NCBI GenBank assembly: GCA_045603745.1
Contig: JAZUMQ010000003.1
Coordinates: 2,599-66,598 of the forward strand
DNA length: 64,000 nucleotides
Source of the DNA: Eubacteriales bacterium
Lineage (GTDB): Bacteria; Bacillota; Clostridia; Oscillospirales; UBA644
Reading direction: 5' to 3'
A program made the position numbers and the translations under genes. Within the stretch, counting starts at the first letter, position 1; each line of letters starts with the position of its first letter. Under the pieces are notes generated by a model. It was not told the DNA's origin. It searched no databases and saw only the letters and a list, made by a program, of their open reading frames with translations. Shown one piece after another: positions 19,867 to 29,216 of the stretch.

Positions 19867-20563
19867 CGTACAATCTCCTTGAATAAGTTTGCCATAGGGT
19901 ATTCAGACGCTCAAACAGGTCTTCTTCAAAAGCTATGGCAGAGGAATCGGGCTGTTCTGCCCGGCGCAATCCCAACAGACGTTTCTGATGAGAAGAAAGC
20001 AATTTTTCGATATAATCCAACGCATCGGGGGTACAATCCAAACGTTGCGGGATATAACAATCCGCATCGGTAAACTCTTCCGTCGGGGTCATGGCAACAG
20101 AAAGAAGAATATAACGTTTCTCCCCTTCCGTCACTGCCCGTTCCCGAAGAATGGAATATCCGTGCCGGAACAAAAAGCGACGAAGGACTTCCGGTTTGGT
20201 CATGGGTTGCAGAATGATTTTTTCAGCGCACTGGGGGGGGCATTCGTAGAGAATTCGTGCAATAAGATCTCCTCCCATACCGGCAATGACAAGAGCGTCA
20301 TACTCCTGCGGTACGGCGTGAAGACCATCACTTCGGACAAGGGAAATCTGCTCCGAAAGGCCATATTTTTCGACGGCAGAGCGCGCCCGAAGAAGGGGGC
20401 CTTCGTTGACGTCGCAGGCAAAGGCTCGTTGACATTGCCCCGATTGAATCATAAAAACCGGGAGATGGGCGTGATCCGTGCCCACGTCAGCCAAGACGTT
20501 GCAAGGGCACGCGAACTCCGCCACGGAAAAAAGGCGTGGGGGCAGGGTTACAAATTCAGCCAT
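19853..20563 (-). CDS. trmK: tRNA (adenine(22)-N1)-methyltransferase
   Basis: ADVGTDHAHLP, DVNEGPL, SDGL, IAGMGG, ILQPMT. Confidence 0.92.
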   Translation of the reverse strand: MAEFVTLPPRLFSVAEFACPCNVLADVGTDHAHLPVFMIQSGQCQRAFACDVNEGPLLRARSAVEKYGLSEQISLVRSDGLHAVPQEYDALVIAGMGGDLIARILYECPPQCAEKIILQPMTKPEVLRRFLFRHGYSILRERAVTEGEKRYILLSVAMTPTEEFTDADCYIPQRLDCTPDALDYIEKLLSSHQKRLLGLRRAEQPDSSAIAFEEDLFERLNTLWQTYSRRLYDETH

Positions 20564-20598
20564 AATATCCTCAAAAAGGTCTGTTGTAATTCACCGCG

Positions 20599-20793
20599 TT
20601 ACGCTTCGATGGCGGCGTTGAGGGCTTCCACCACTTCGTCCACGTCCAGACCGTGTACGGTGCAAGCGTCGGCAATGGATTCTCCGCGGGCAGCCATACA
20701 ACCGATGCAGTGCATTCCGAAACGAAGCAAAACGTCGCCGGCTTCGGGATAGGTGCGAATAATGTCTCCGATAAGCATTTCTTTCGTAATCAT
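20599..20793 (-). CDS. DUF1858 domain protein
   Basis: MITKEMLIGDII...GMHCIGC...ESIADACTVHG; start at 20793 with GGAGG RBS. Confidence 0.88.
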   Translation of the reverse strand: MITKEMLIGDIIRTYPEAGDVLLRFGMHCIGCMAARGESIADACTVHGLDVDEVVEALNAAIEA

Positions 20794-20818
20794 GATAATA
20801 TCCTCCAAATTAATTTTT

Positions 20819-22237
20819 TTAATAATCGTTTCCGAGAGATTTTCTGTGGTTCTCAGAAAAAGTGACTGGGTTTGCACCTTCGAGAGATTCGAGAAGTTCG
20901 TAATAATCGGCATCTTGAAGTCCGGGAAGACAATCGTTTTTCCAGGAGATTTCACCGTAACCGGTAAACCATACCAAATGATACCCGAAAGAAGTTTTGA
21001 TAATGGAATGATCTCCGGTCTTACGACCTTCCGCATAAATCCAATCGTTGATTTCGGAAACCATGGTTCCGTAAGAAAAGTCTTCGTAAAGACCGCCGGT
21101 TTCTTTCGACCCCGGATCTTCGGTGTTTTCGTTTGCAAGGGAAACGAAGGAATCTTCGGTATATCCTGCAGCCTCCCACTTAGCATAAAGCCCCTGCATC
21201 TTTTGATGGATTTCCGCATCGTTGGACGTTCCGTCTTTATTCTCGGTCACCGAAAGAAGAATATGCCGCATGGACGCCAAAGGATATTCGTCCCGGTGCA
21301 AAGAGAGGAAATAGCAGACGGTATAGGCTTCGGTGGAAGTTTTGTGAACACTTACGTCGCCGGCAACCCGCTTTGTATCAAAAAGCCAGGACGACATTTC
21401 TGTATTGGCAAGATCCGAAGCGACGACATTTTTTGCCAGCGTAGACGAATCCGATGCATAACTTTCCTTTTGTTTTTCGGGAGCGAAAGAAACTGCCCGA
21501 TCCTTGAAGATTTCTTCGCTGGTCAACCCTTCCGCAAAGGATTCGGCAAGAGCTTTGACGGCGGCTGCCACTTCTTCTTCCGTCGAGGCTTCGGAATCGG
21601 AAGGCAGGAAATCCTCGGTCAGCGTATAAACCCGGAAATCCACCTTGTCAATGGAAGCACGATTTGCCTGATAGTATGTTTCGTAATCTTCGTCGGAATA
21701 GGTGATCTCACTTAACTTTTCGTCACAATACTGGGTGGCAAGAAAACGGCGGGAAAGGAATTGGCGGTACAAATCTTCCGTCATACCCTCTCCGTAATAT
21801 TCGGAAAGGTAATCGTTTAAAGTTATTTTAGCTTCTTGGGCGGCTTCGGTGGAAGAAAGAACGAACGCGTCGATTTGGAGAAGATAATCCTCGTTCAACT
21901 CCATTCCCTCTGCCACGGCGGTATTATAAAAGGAAAAAACTTGCCGGAGGACTTCTTCGGTCTGATCCATAAAGTAATCCGCCCAGGTCTGCTCCGTTTC
22001 GGTGACGGTGCAGGCTTGCTCTTTCAGGGGCTTTTCGGGATCCAGACCGAAATAAGAAAGGTAGTCGGCATAACTGGAATAAAAGCTCTGAATTTGATAG
22101 TAGTAGTTAAAATTGTACTCTTGAGCGGTAATCCCGGTCTCTCCTACCACCATAACGGAATCTCCGGTAGCGGAACAGGAACAAAACAAGAGCAGGGACG
22201 CGGAAAGAATGAGAAATAAGGCAACGATACGTTTCAA
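20819..22237 (-). CDS. PrsA/SurA-like peptidyl-prolyl isomerase lipoprotein
   Basis: Lipoprotein-type signal; RHILL, EDPGSKETGGLY, KTSFGYHLV; TTG start after GGAGGT. Confidence 0.82.
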   Translation of the reverse strand: MKRIVALFLILSASLLLFCSCSATGDSVMVVGETGITAQEYNFNYYYQIQSFYSSYADYLSYFGLDPEKPLKEQACTVTETEQTWADYFMDQTEEVLRQVFSFYNTAVAEGMELNEDYLLQIDAFVLSSTEAAQEAKITLNDYLSEYYGEGMTEDLYRQFLSRRFLATQYCDEKLSEITYSDEDYETYYQANRASIDKVDFRVYTLTEDFLPSDSEASTEEEVAAAVKALAESFAEGLTSEEIFKDRAVSFAPEKQKESYASDSSTLAKNVVASDLANTEMSSWLFDTKRVAGDVSVHKTSTEAYTVCYFLSLHRDEYPLASMRHILLSVTENKDGTSNDAEIHQKMQGLYAKWEAAGYTEDSFVSLANENTEDPGSKETGGLYEDFSYGTMVSEINDWIYAEGRKTGDHSIIKTSFGYHLVWFTGYGEISWKNDCLPGLQDADYYELLESLEGANPVTFSENHRKSLGNDY

Positions 22238-22255
22238 AATCAATACCTCCAACGG

Positions 22256-24913
22256 TCAACGTTTTGTTTCATCGGAAATCTTCCGGAATTTTGAAGTCAT
22301 TTCAGAATCGGAAGGGGAATTTGCAGGAGAAGGATCGGAATCGACTTTCCGGAATTTCACCGTGGCGTCGCCTTCTTCCAAAGGAATTTCTGCAGCCTGC
22401 CGTTTTGCCCGCCGAGGACCGAGTTCAGTCTGCCCGGGCGATTCCGTACCGGTAATGGGAACGGGGACGGGGGATTCGTCTTCCGGGGATTTCTTTTCTT
22501 TCCGAACAAGGATCACGATAATGATGGCAATGACAACAAGGACTAACACCACGGCTGCAATAATGATGCAGTTCAAAACAATTCCCCAAAGGTCAACGGA
22601 GTCTTTTTTATCTCCGTTCAAAGCGGCGGAAATGCCGTTTTGGAACAAGGAGACCTGTTCCTTCGACAGTGCCGTATCGGAGATATAGACCTCGTCAATA
22701 ACGCCGACGAACATGGGGTCTCCCTTGATTCCGCTTCGACCGAGATAGCAGAAATTGGGGGCAATGGCGGAAAGATCCACCTGAGTCTCTCCGGTAGCGG
22801 CAACCGTTCCGTTCAGGTACAGGGTGATTTTTCCTTCAGAGATGGTAACCGTAACCCGCGTCCAGGTATTTACGGCGTTATAGTCGCAAGTAAGGTAGGT
22901 AGAGTAAGTTCCGTCGCTGATTCCGAAACGAAGCCCGGAAATTCCGTTTCCGGTTTCCAAAAAGAGATAGGCAGAAGGATCGGTAACGGAAGAGGATTTT
23001 CGAGAGAAATCAAAGAGACGTTGGCTCGCTCCCTCTCCCTCCCAAAAATAAGACAAAGAGACGGTCAATGCTTGGGCATGATCCAAAATTCCAATAGGGT
23101 AACGAACAAAGGAAGATCCGTCCAATCCCAGACCGTAAGAAGAAATCCCTTGGGTCAATCTGCCTCCTGTGACGGTGGCGTTTGCTCGATTGTTCCAATC
23201 CCGTCCTACGTTTCCTCGCTCGTCAAAGGTAGTTGCGATAAATCCGTTGGCAATGGAACCGGTCTGGTGATAGGCGTCTTCCACCAGATCTACACCGTCG
23301 GGGGCATAGGGATTGACCGAAGGGGTTTCCCCGGTGTCGGTCTGTCCCGGATCGGGGAGAACCTCGGAAGTATAACGTTCCAAACCGTAGAAATGAATCT
23401 TACGGATCTCCGGAGCAGAAAGAACCTTGGGCGTAACGTATACTTCGTCAATGGCGGTGCGGGTGGTGGTGTTCACGGAAGAACCGGTAACGACCCGGCA
23501 TTGAGAAAGGGCAAAAGACGAAACGGTAATTCCGGAAGAGATCGTTTCCACGGCAGTTCCGTTCACGTACACGACAATCTCGCCTGTCTCGGACACGGTA
23601 AGGGCGTAATGCACCCACTTATTTCGGGGATCGGCAGGATTGCCGCCTTTGATGGATTTGCGTTGCAGATTGCCTCGGCTGTCGGTATATTCCAAATAAG
23701 CAGAAAGGGTCGTTCCCTCCGCTCCGTAGGGAGCAAAACGGAGGACGCCCGTGCCTTTCAGATCCAAAAGGCATTCTTCGTTTTTCAGATCTTTTCCGCT
23801 ACGATAGACCCAGCAGGAAAAGGTAAAGGAAGTATGACCGTGGAACAAGCGGGAATCCAACGTCAAATATTCCTGCGGTGCAGACCCTTCCCGACGGATC
23901 ATGGCATAGCCGTATTTTTCCGTAAGTTTTTCGGTGTCGATCAAAGCGCAGGATTGATTTACCGTGGCGGGAATATCCCCGGAATGGAAATCGGTTCCGG
24001 CGGCAAAGGTACCGTCGAAGAGATACGCAGCCCAAGAATAGTTTTGTTTTTCCACGGGAGTGATGGGAAGGTCGACGTCGGGGGTATCGATGGTTTCGTC
24101 CTTCATATCTTCCAGTTCCGCGGCATAAAAAGCGTCGACGGATTGATTCATCAAAGAATTAATTTTCCCCGGTTGGAAGGCAAGATCGGTGAAATACAGA
24201 TCGTCAAGGGAAATTCCATGAAAGGCGGCGGTGTTACATTCCATTTCGGAAAGATTTACAGGGGTGGTAGAGAGAGACGATGTTGTAGATTTTCCGTTCA
24301 CGTAAAGAGTCAACAAGGAGACCGAACCGGAACTCCGATAAGTAAAGGAAACATGGAACCACTGTGCCGAATCCGACAGAACTTCCGAAACGTCATAGCT
24401 GCAAACAGCGGTGTTTTTACCGTCGGTTGCGGTCAATTTCAAAGAAACAACGCCATCGTTGTTTTCAAACTGAAGCTCCAACGCTTCCTTTTTAGAGCCG
24501 TGGATCAAAAACAAAGTCCCCTTATCCATCGCCTCGGCAAGGGTAAAATTGGTACGAAAGCCCATCGTAAACTGACTGACGCCGTCAAACAGATGACGGT
24601 TCATGTGGACGTAACCTTTCATTCCTCCGTTGCGAAAACCGGTTACGGATTCTACGAGAGACGAGCCGAATTCCTTAGTAGAAAGAGGATACTTGCCGCC
24701 GACGTCTTGGGTAAGGGCGGCTTTATCGTCAAAAGAATACGCCGCTTGAATCCGAGATGCGGTAGCATTTGCTCCGGAGTTGGAACTTGAAGAAGAGGTT
24801 CCGGATTCCGTGTCGGTTACAGCAAAAGCAGAAAGCGGGGAAAAAGACAGGGAGAGAAGAAAACAAAGAAAGGCGCAGGTCAACGATATAAAAAAACGTT
24901 TATTGGGTTTCAT
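22256..24913 (-). CDS. large secreted, membrane-anchored protein with three LamG-like (Laminin_G_3) domains
   Basis: Signal peptide; three W-H/T-x-x-T...LYVNG...ID(D/E) repeats; TM near the C-terminus and a cytoplasmic tail. Confidence 0.78.
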   Translation of the reverse strand: MKPNKRFFISLTCAFLCFLLSLSFSPLSAFAVTDTESGTSSSSSNSGANATASRIQAAYSFDDKAALTQDVGGKYPLSTKEFGSSLVESVTGFRNGGMKGYVHMNRHLFDGVSQFTMGFRTNFTLAEAMDKGTLFLIHGSKKEALELQFENNDGVVSLKLTATDGKNTAVCSYDVSEVLSDSAQWFHVSFTYRSSGSVSLLTLYVNGKSTTSSLSTTPVNLSEMECNTAAFHGISLDDLYFTDLAFQPGKINSLMNQSVDAFYAAELEDMKDETIDTPDVDLPITPVEKQNYSWAAYLFDGTFAAGTDFHSGDIPATVNQSCALIDTEKLTEKYGYAMIRREGSAPQEYLTLDSRLFHGHTSFTFSCWVYRSGKDLKNEECLLDLKGTGVLRFAPYGAEGTTLSAYLEYTDSRGNLQRKSIKGGNPADPRNKWVHYALTVSETGEIVVYVNGTAVETISSGITVSSFALSQCRVVTGSSVNTTTRTAIDEVYVTPKVLSAPEIRKIHFYGLERYTSEVLPDPGQTDTGETPSVNPYAPDGVDLVEDAYHQTGSIANGFIATTFDERGNVGRDWNNRANATVTGGRLTQGISSYGLGLDGSSFVRYPIGILDHAQALTVSLSYFWEGEGASQRLFDFSRKSSSVTDPSAYLFLETGNGISGLRFGISDGTYSTYLTCDYNAVNTWTRVTVTISEGKITLYLNGTVAATGETQVDLSAIAPNFCYLGRSGIKGDPMFVGVIDEVYISDTALSKEQVSLFQNGISAALNGDKKDSVDLWGIVLNCIIIAAVVLVLVVIAIIIVILVRKEKKSPEDESPVPVPITGTESPGQTELGPRRAKRQAAEIPLEEGDATVKFRKVDSDPSPANSPSDSEMTSKFRKISDETKR

Positions 24914-25087
24914 AAAACACCCTCCAAAGATAAGCACATAGATAGAAATAAATATATATTATATTTTACTACAAAACGATTTGTTTGTCAAGTCTACAAC
25001 GACATTTTGAACCATTTTTGAAAACTCTTGCATTTTCGTCAAAAATGTTATATAATAAAGAATATGAATAACGTTAGGAGAAACGCT

Positions 25088-26869
25088 ATGGAACTGGAAC
25101 GACTCCTTCTTCGAGTGAAAAATCCTGCTTGGTACAGCGGTGGAGAATTAAATAGCATTGTCAAAGACAAAGAGACGATCAAAACCCGCTTTGCCTTCTG
25201 CTTTCCCGATCTGTACGACGTGGCGATGTCCCACTTGGGAATTAAAATTTTATATGATATTCTGAATCGGCGAGACGATATATGGTGCGAGCGCGTCTTT
25301 GCCCCCGCACCGGATATGGAACAATTGATGCGGGAGAAAAACGTCCCTTTATTTGGGGTGGAAAGCCGAGACGCCATCAAAGATTTTGATTTTATTGCAT
25401 TTACGTTGCAATACGAATTGAGTTATACCAACGTGTTGAACATGCTGGATCTTGCGGGTCTGCCGGTGCTGGCTTCGGAACGGAGCGACGAGATGCCCGT
25501 TGTCATTGCGGGAGGACCTTGTACCGTAAACCCCGAACCCATGGCGAATTTCGTGGATCTGTTCAACATTGGCGAAGGGGAAGAAACGCTCCTTGAACTG
25601 GTGGATCTTTGGCAAGAATGCAAAGGAAATAAAAAAGATTTTTTAAAAAAGGCGGATCGGTTGGAATCCTGCTACGTGCCCGCTCTTCACGACCGCAAGG
25701 TAAAGGTTCGTCGCCGGATCATCAAAGACCTGGACAAAGCACCTTATCCGGAAAAACTGATCGTACCCAATACAAAGGTTATTCACGACCGAATTTCCAT
25801 GGAAATCATGCGAGGGTGTATTCGGGGTTGTCGGTTTTGTCAAGCGGGCATGATCTACCGTCCTTTCCGGCAAAAATCCCCGGAAATCATGATGGAAAAT
25901 ATCAAAAAACTCTGTAAATCCACGGGGTATGACGAAATTTCGTTGACGTCCCTGTCCAGCAGTGACTATGAAAAGCTTCCGGAATTTGCGGATATGCTTT
26001 TGGATTACTGCACCCCAAAGAAAATCAATTTGGCACTTCCCTCCCTGCGAATCGATAATTTCTCCGATGAGTTGCTGAAAAAACTGCGCGCCGTCCGTTC
26101 TTCCGGTCTAACGTTTGCACCGGAGGCGGGGACACAACGGTTGCGGGACGTCATCAACAAAAACATTACGGAAGAGGACATTTTTGAATCCTGCCGTATT
26201 GCCTTCAACGGCGGAAATTCGGCGGTAAAGCTGTATTTCATGATTGGGCTTCCCACGGAGACCGACGAGGATATTTTAGGAATTGCGGATCTGGCTCAGC
26301 GGATCGTGGATTATTACTATCAACTGAAAACGAAGAAAAACGGCAAAGGAGTATCGGTGACCATCAGCCTTTCCACCTTTGTGCCAAAACCCTTCACGCC
26401 CTTCCAATGGGAACCCCAGATCAGTTTGGACGAAATTCATCGCCGCCAACAGTTGTTGAAAAATGCCATTACTTCCCGAAAAATCCGGCTCAATTATCAC
26501 GAAGGGAAAACCAGCGTATTGGAAGGGGTCTTCTCTCGGGGAGATCGGGCGCTGGGCAACCTGATCCACACCGCATGGAAAAAGGGTTGTATTCTGGACG
26601 CATGGGACGAACATTTCCGGTATGATCTTTGGACAGAAGCCATGGAAGAATGCGGAATCAAAATCGAAGATTATGCCGGCAGAAGATATTCGTACGAGGA
26701 AGAACTTCCTTGGGACGTCGTGGATTGCGGCGTTTCCAAAGCGTTTCTGATTCGAGAATCGAAACTGGCATACGAAAACAAAACTTCCCCCAACTGCAAA
26801 GAACAATGTCTTGGTTGCGGGGTAAAGAAAATTTGCGGAGGTGACGTCTGTGATCCGGATTGCCTTTGA
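25088..26869 (+). CDS. TIGR03960 family B12-binding radical SAM protein
   Basis: FPDLYDVAMSHLG, RGCIRGCRFCQAG, FAPEAGTQRLR, FVPKPFTPFQW, C-terminal Cys cluster. Confidence 0.9.
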   Translation: MELERLLLRVKNPAWYSGGELNSIVKDKETIKTRFAFCFPDLYDVAMSHLGIKILYDILNRRDDIWCERVFAPAPDMEQLMREKNVPLFGVESRDAIKDFDFIAFTLQYELSYTNVLNMLDLAGLPVLASERSDEMPVVIAGGPCTVNPEPMANFVDLFNIGEGEETLLELVDLWQECKGNKKDFLKKADRLESCYVPALHDRKVKVRRRIIKDLDKAPYPEKLIVPNTKVIHDRISMEIMRGCIRGCRFCQAGMIYRPFRQKSPEIMMENIKKLCKSTGYDEISLTSLSSSDYEKLPEFADMLLDYCTPKKINLALPSLRIDNFSDELLKKLRAVRSSGLTFAPEAGTQRLRDVINKNITEEDIFESCRIAFNGGNSAVKLYFMIGLPTETDEDILGIADLAQRIVDYYYQLKTKKNGKGVSVTISLSTFVPKPFTPFQWEPQISLDEIHRRQQLLKNAITSRKIRLNYHEGKTSVLEGVFSRGDRALGNLIHTAWKKGCILDAWDEHFRYDLWTEAMEECGIKIEDYAGRRYSYEEELPWDVVDCGVSKAFLIRESKLAYENKTSPNCKEQCLGCGVKKICGGDVCDPDCL

Positions 26870-27473
26870 GAAAAATTCTACCGCAATTTACATGTCACAT
26901 CTTGACTTGATGCGGTGCATGACCCGTGCCTTATCCCGGGCGGAAATCCCGGTGAAATATACAGAAGGATTCAATCCTCACCCCTATTTGGTCTTTGCCG
27001 CTCCGTTGGCACTCGGAATTGAAGGAGAGCGGGAATATTTTGAGATCAAGCTCACCGAAGAAATGCCCTTTGATGAAATGAAACGCCGGTTAAACGAGAC
27101 CTTGCCTCAAGGATTGAAGATTTTGGACGTGTTTGAATCGCAAAACGATTTTAACGAGATTGAAAGCGCCAATTACCGGGTCTTTGTGGAAGGAAAATCC
27201 GTAGAAGATTGGAATCGGTTTTTTGAGGCGGATACCATTCCAACGGAAAAGAAAACCAAACGTGGATTAGAAACCATTGATATGAAAGGTGAAATTTTCG
27301 GTTGCGAAGCGGAAAACGTTAAAAATGGCGTGATCTTGCACCTGCATCTCCCCTGCGGAAATCGGAGAAATCTATCGCCTCTTTTGGTGGTTAAAACCTT
27401 TGCCCCAGACGAGGAGACCTATTATACCGCCGCAAGAACCGAATTTATGGACCAAAAAGGCAACAGATTCTAA
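26841..27473 (+). CDS. TIGR03936 radical SAM-associated protein (DUF2344)
   Basis: YMSHLDLMR, YTEGFNPHP, LALG; adjacent to TIGR03960. Confidence 0.88.
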   Translation: MTSVIRIAFEKNSTAIYMSHLDLMRCMTRALSRAEIPVKYTEGFNPHPYLVFAAPLALGIEGEREYFEIKLTEEMPFDEMKRRLNETLPQGLKILDVFESQNDFNEIESANYRVFVEGKSVEDWNRFFEADTIPTEKKTKRGLETIDMKGEIFGCEAENVKNGVILHLHLPCGNRRNLSPLLVVKTFAPDEETYYTAARTEFMDQKGNRF

Positions 27474-27512
27474 ATTTTGTCACAAAAACGTGACACATAA
27501 ATGATAAAGGTG

Positions 27513-27521
27513 TGGTATAAT
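27513..27521 (+). promoter_or_regulatory. extended -10 promoter for the queT-galU leader
   Basis: TGgTATAAT. Confidence 0.55.
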
Positions 27522-27558
27522 CCACTCTGTGGAGAAAAATAAAAGATTCTGTCCTTCA

Positions 27559-27724
27559 AAGGAGCATATCGAGTATATGTGACTGAGGAGAGCACGGAAT
27601 CCAACCGGATTTTACCTGTTTTACGGAGGAAAATTCGAGGTGGATTTTGCGCGAAGCCGAAGGAGCATATCGAGTATATGTGACTGAGGAGAGCACGGAA
27701 TCCAACCGGATTTTACCCGTAAAA
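27559..27724 (+). repeat. 106-nt palindromic element (27619-27724) with an exact 58-nt duplicate (27559-27616 = 27660-27717)
   Basis: AAGGAGCATATCGAGTATATGTGACTGAGGAGAGCACGGAATCCAACCGGATTTTACC present twice; TTTTACGG/CCGTAAAA termini. Confidence 0.85.
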
Positions 27725-27729
27725 AAAAT

Positions 27730-27769
27730 ATGTCAGTCGCAATTACCTGACAATAATCAAAACACGGAG
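27730..27769 (+). promoter_or_regulatory. preQ1-I riboswitch
   Basis: Stem TGTCAG/CTGACA, loop TCGCAATTAC, A-rich tail ATAATCAAAACACGGAG running into the SD; directly upstream of queT. Confidence 0.8.
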
Positions 27770-27780
27770 ATAAGAGAAAA

Positions 27781-28284
27781 ATGAAGAAATTTTCGACAAA
27801 GCAAATTGCTTTTTGCGGGCTTATTGCCGCAATGTACGTAGTGTTCACTTGGGTTTTGGGAGACTTCGGATACGGCCCGATCCAATTTCGGTTTTCGGAA
27901 TGCATGACCGTTCTACCCTTCTGTTTTCCGGTAGCAACGGCGGGATTGACGGTGGGGTGTTTTCTTGCAAATCTGATGAGCACCGTAGGTCCGTTGGACT
28001 TGATTTTGGGAACGCTGGCAACCCTATTAGGGTGCTTGGGGACGCAACTATGTCGAAAAAGAGATCTTTGGTGGTTGGCACCGCTGCCGCCGGTGATCTC
28101 GAATGCTGTTATTATTGGAATCATGCTGACGATATACAGTGAAACAAAGACCCCCGTATATTTTTTGACCATGGCGGCACAGGTTGGATTGAGCGAACTT
28201 GTGTGCTGCTACGGATTGGGGCTTGGGCTTCTGTTATTGATTCGGCATTATCAAAAAATAAACGATAGAGGGAACAGACTATGA
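27781..28284 (+). CDS. queT: QueT family queuosine precursor ECF S component
   Basis: IAAMYVV, YGPIQFRFSE, GLTVGCFLAN, DLILGTLAT, PPVISNA. Confidence 0.9.
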   Translation: MKKFSTKQIAFCGLIAAMYVVFTWVLGDFGYGPIQFRFSECMTVLPFCFPVATAGLTVGCFLANLMSTVGPLDLILGTLATLLGCLGTQLCRKRDLWWLAPLPPVISNAVIIGIMLTIYSETKTPVYFLTMAAQVGLSELVCCYGLGLGLLLLIRHYQKINDRGNRL

Positions 28285-29159
28285 AAATCAAGAAGGCTGT
28301 TATTCTTGCCGCAGGACTGGGGACACGCATGTTGCCTGCGACAAAATCCGTACCGAAAGAACTGGTGCCGATCGTGGACAAACCGGCACTGCAGTACTTG
28401 GTGGAAGAAATCAAAGCTTCCGGCATTGATGACATTATGATCATCATTTCCCGAGGCAAGACGCTGATTGAAGATCACTTCGATTACGCTCCCGAACTAG
28501 AGGAACGGCTTCGTGCCGGCGGTGCCGCTAAGGAACCTGCCCTGAAACAGGTTCGGCAGATTGCGGAACTGGCAGACATCGTTTACGCCAGACAAAAAGA
28601 GATGCTCGGCACGGGACACGCTCTGTTACTTGCAAAGCATTTCGTCGGAAACGAACCCTTTGCCTTACTTTACGGCGATGACGTTATCATGAACGATCAA
28701 AAGCCCGTCGTAGGACAGTTGACCGACGCTTACGAAAAATACGGAAAAAGCGTGGTTGGAGTTCAGGAAGTTCCGGAAGAACTGGTGATGAAATACTGCA
28801 CACTGGACGTAAAACAAGTGGACGACCGGCTTTACGAAGTATTTGATATGATTGAAAAACCGAAAAAAGAAGAGATCATCTCTTGCTTCTCGGTTCTGGG
28901 ACGAATCGTTCTCACCCCCGACGTTTTTGATTATCTGGAAAAAACTCCCTATGCGCAAAACGGAGAATTGCAATTAACCGATACCATGAAGCTGATGGCA
29001 AACGACGGCAAAATGATGGCGGTTGATTTTGAAGGAAAACGATATGATATGGGGAATAAATTGGGCGTGATGCAGGCGCAGGTAGAAACGGCACTGAAAC
29101 ACCCCGAAATCGGAAATGACTTCCGGGAATATTTGAAAGAATTTGCAAAAACGCTGTAA
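28281..29159 (+). CDS. galU: UTP--glucose-1-phosphate uridylyltransferase
   Basis: KAVILAAGLGTRMLPATKSVPKE, GTGHA, YGDD, EKP, GELQLTD. Confidence 0.95.
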   Translation: MKIKKAVILAAGLGTRMLPATKSVPKELVPIVDKPALQYLVEEIKASGIDDIMIIISRGKTLIEDHFDYAPELEERLRAGGAAKEPALKQVRQIAELADIVYARQKEMLGTGHALLLAKHFVGNEPFALLYGDDVIMNDQKPVVGQLTDAYEKYGKSVVGVQEVPEELVMKYCTLDVKQVDDRLYEVFDMIEKPKKEEIISCFSVLGRIVLTPDVFDYLEKTPYAQNGELQLTDTMKLMANDGKMMAVDFEGKRYDMGNKLGVMQAQVETALKHPEIGNDFREYLKEFAKTL

Positions 29160-29173
29160 AATCAAAGAATCAC

Positions 29174-29207
29174 ACCCGCAAGAATTCGTTCTTGCGGGTG
29201 TCTTTTT
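29174..29207 (+). terminator. intrinsic terminator
   Basis: CACCCGCAAGAA-TTCG-TTCTTGCGGGTG followed by TCTTTTT. Confidence 0.88.
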
Positions 29208-29216
29208 GTTTTCAGA

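Noticed and set aside
20794-21219. N-terminal extension of the DUF1858 ORF, and similar extensions of hemW, efp, htpG and the LRR gene
   Set aside because: Upstream in-frame starts lack an RBS or overlap neighbouring genes; the downstream starts fit better.
22640-24790. 716-aa plus-strand ORF
   Set aside because: Antisense shadow of the LamG gene; no recognisable motifs or RBS.
27559-27717. Repeat-spacer-repeat as a CRISPR array
   Set aside because: Only two 58-nt units, the spacer is the complementary arm of the repeat, and no cas genes are present.
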